Source: Mobula hypostoma
Taxonomy: Eukaryota
NCBI RefSeq assembly: GCF_963921235.1
Contig: NC_086099.1
Span: forward strand, 176,948,001-177,012,000
Direction: 5' to 3'
Length of the DNA: 64,000 nucleotides
The first letter of the stretch is position 1. Each line of letters starts with the position of its first letter. This document shows positions 62,291 to 64,000 of this stretch, one piece after another. The notes below the pieces were generated by a model. That model was given only the letters and a program-made list of their open reading frames with translations. It was not told the DNA's origin and did no database searches. A program made the translations under genes and the position numbers.

Positions 62291-63519
62291 GGATTCTGGC
62301 ATAAGTGTCTTTGTTGTCCAAGTGAGAGAGAACTGTGTGCAGTGTGGTGGATATTGCGTCCTCCTTAGAGCGATTTGGACGATAAGCAAACTGTTGCGTT
62401 TCAAGCACCATTGCTAAAACAGATCATTATTCATACTTAATCCAGGTATATAAAGAAAACCCCTGACTTTGTTCCTCCATGAAAGGCGTCTTAAGTCATA
62501 TCCTCTTATTATCACATCCAACAACATTTTTTTCTCAAAGATCATAACATTACATTCAGCTGATTATGTTGCCTTCTTTGCCCACTGACCAAACATTTTC
62601 AAATATTCTATACAATCCTAATTCTGAAATCCCCTACCTTAGTTTACCTGATTATCCCTTTGATATCAACTTCCAGTTCACTACATCCTACCCTGACTAA
62701 ACTGTTAGTTACCCAGCTTTCCTTGCTGAACCATAAGTGACATGATAATTCTTAATGGATCCCATTCCATGGGTGGTGTTTTCTCTGCTTTCAATTGTGC
62801 TATAGTCAAAATGAAACCTACCCTCAACACCAACATCCTTGCAAGCTTCCACCTAATCAATAACCCCTACTTCATAGCCAGAGTTTTTGATGATGATCCT
62901 CCAACTCCTTCCCACATTCTGTCTGAATCGTTTTTTTTTAACCTGCTGTGGTTTTCATCCGATTGCCACACTATTACATCAGGTTTACAGATGATCTCTT
63001 CTTGGTCCCCATGCATATTTTGTACAAATGTTCCTCCTTAGCATTGGACTATTATGCTGTCTCAACTTTGTCATACTATTGACATTCAGTATCAAATAGA
63101 AATATTCTGCAGAAATTACTAGAAAGACTGAAGCCTTTGTCTTTGGTCCCTGTTAGCAATTTGCACCCCCCCCCCCCCCGCTGTCTAGAACATTGACTAA
63201 AACTGATCTAGATAATTTGTAATGTCATTCTTTTAGGAAATTCACTTTTGTGTTTATCCATTTTGAAATTGAAACTGCACGTTTCTGCCTTTGTAATGAT
63301 GCCTATGTCTGTTTTCAAATCAACTCATCTTCTGCCTAAATCTCAGTCTATCCTGATTGGGCTCTCATCTTCTACCTTGTATTTGCATTTTTTATCCAAA
63401 GCCCTGTACCTGGATCTTAATTTGCTCTGAGTGGTCACTCTATTATTCCCTGCATGCAAAGGCTCCCATTCACATAAAACCTCAATTTTAAAGTCATCCT
63501 TACTCTGTAGTCTCACCTC

Positions 63520-63996
63520 TTGATTGTGTCATTACCCCCAACCACCATCCCCATCATTGAGCACATGCACAAGAAGTGCTATCACAGAAAAGCAGCATCC
63601 ATCATCAAGCACACACATCATCTAGCCCATGCTCCCTTCTTGCTGTCCCCCTTTGAAAGAAAGTACAGGAACCTCATGTCCCACACTACCAGGTTCAAGA
63701 ACAGTTATTACCTCTCAACTATCAGGCTTCTGAACCAGAAGGGATAATTTCATTCACCCCAACACTGAACTTGTGTTCTCGATATTTATAGTTGGTTGGT
63801 TTGTTTGTTTATTTATTTATTTGTATTTGCACACACTTGTTTTTTTGCACATTGGTTGTTTGTCCATTTTTGTTATGTGTGGTTTTTCATTAATTCTATT
63901 GTGTTTCTTTGTATCTACCATGAATACCCACAAGAAAACAAATCTTAGCATTGTATTTGGTGATTTATACGTACTCTGCTAGTACATTTACTTTGA
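63520..63996 (+). mobile_element. Rex1/Babar-type LINE 3' end
   Basis: RKAASIIK...TTRFKNSYY..TIRLLN and the family 3' tail (atttactttga). Confidence 0.7.
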
Positions 63997-64000
63997 TGGC

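Larger units (their letters stand above)
60975..62405 (-). mobile_element. Rex1/Babar-type LINE, 5'-truncated RT region
   Basis: [40 protein letters not shown]; tail aataaagtttt(ttgaatct)n. Confidence 0.88.

Noticed and set aside
6729-62404. Recurring short ORFs such as [25 protein letters not shown] and [10 protein letters not shown]
   Set aside because: They are translations of the non-coding hammerhead/tail repeat, not a protein family.
62460-63060. Possible old Penelope RT remnant
   Set aside because: Too degenerate to support by eye; needs a translated search.

Overview
Vertebrate genomic DNA; the repeat content suggests a cartilaginous fish, probably a ray (inference). Three host genes in conserved order: the last coding exon and 3'UTR of NMT2 (+, 1610-~3140); RPP38 (-, single coding exon 16469-15552, non-coding first exon and CpG-rich promoter at ~21.0-21.3 kb); and a complete OLAH/thioesterase II gene (-, six coding exons, 54252-33301, 254 aa, GHSLG motif) with a promoter at ~58.8 kb back-to-back with an unidentified + strand first exon at ~59.9 kb. 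Most of the rest is transposon-derived: a CR1 LINE with an uninterrupted EN+RT frame, a two-LTR Gmr1-like Gypsy element (SCAN-like gag, integrase zinc finger before RT, tRNA-Pro PBS, GTAC TSD), a second Gypsy split by an L1, and L1/Tx1, Rex1/Babar, Tigger, Harbinger and hAT remnants. The most interesting signal is a family of short Penelope-like insertions that carry a minimal hammerhead ribozyme motif (TAGTC-CTGACGA-stem II-GAAAC-GTC^GACTG). Many have 10-13 bp target-site duplications and no poly(A) tail, and several form palindromes with both 3' ends facing outward. ACBD7, which lies between RPP38 and OLAH in human, was not found. All calls were made by eye, without database searches.
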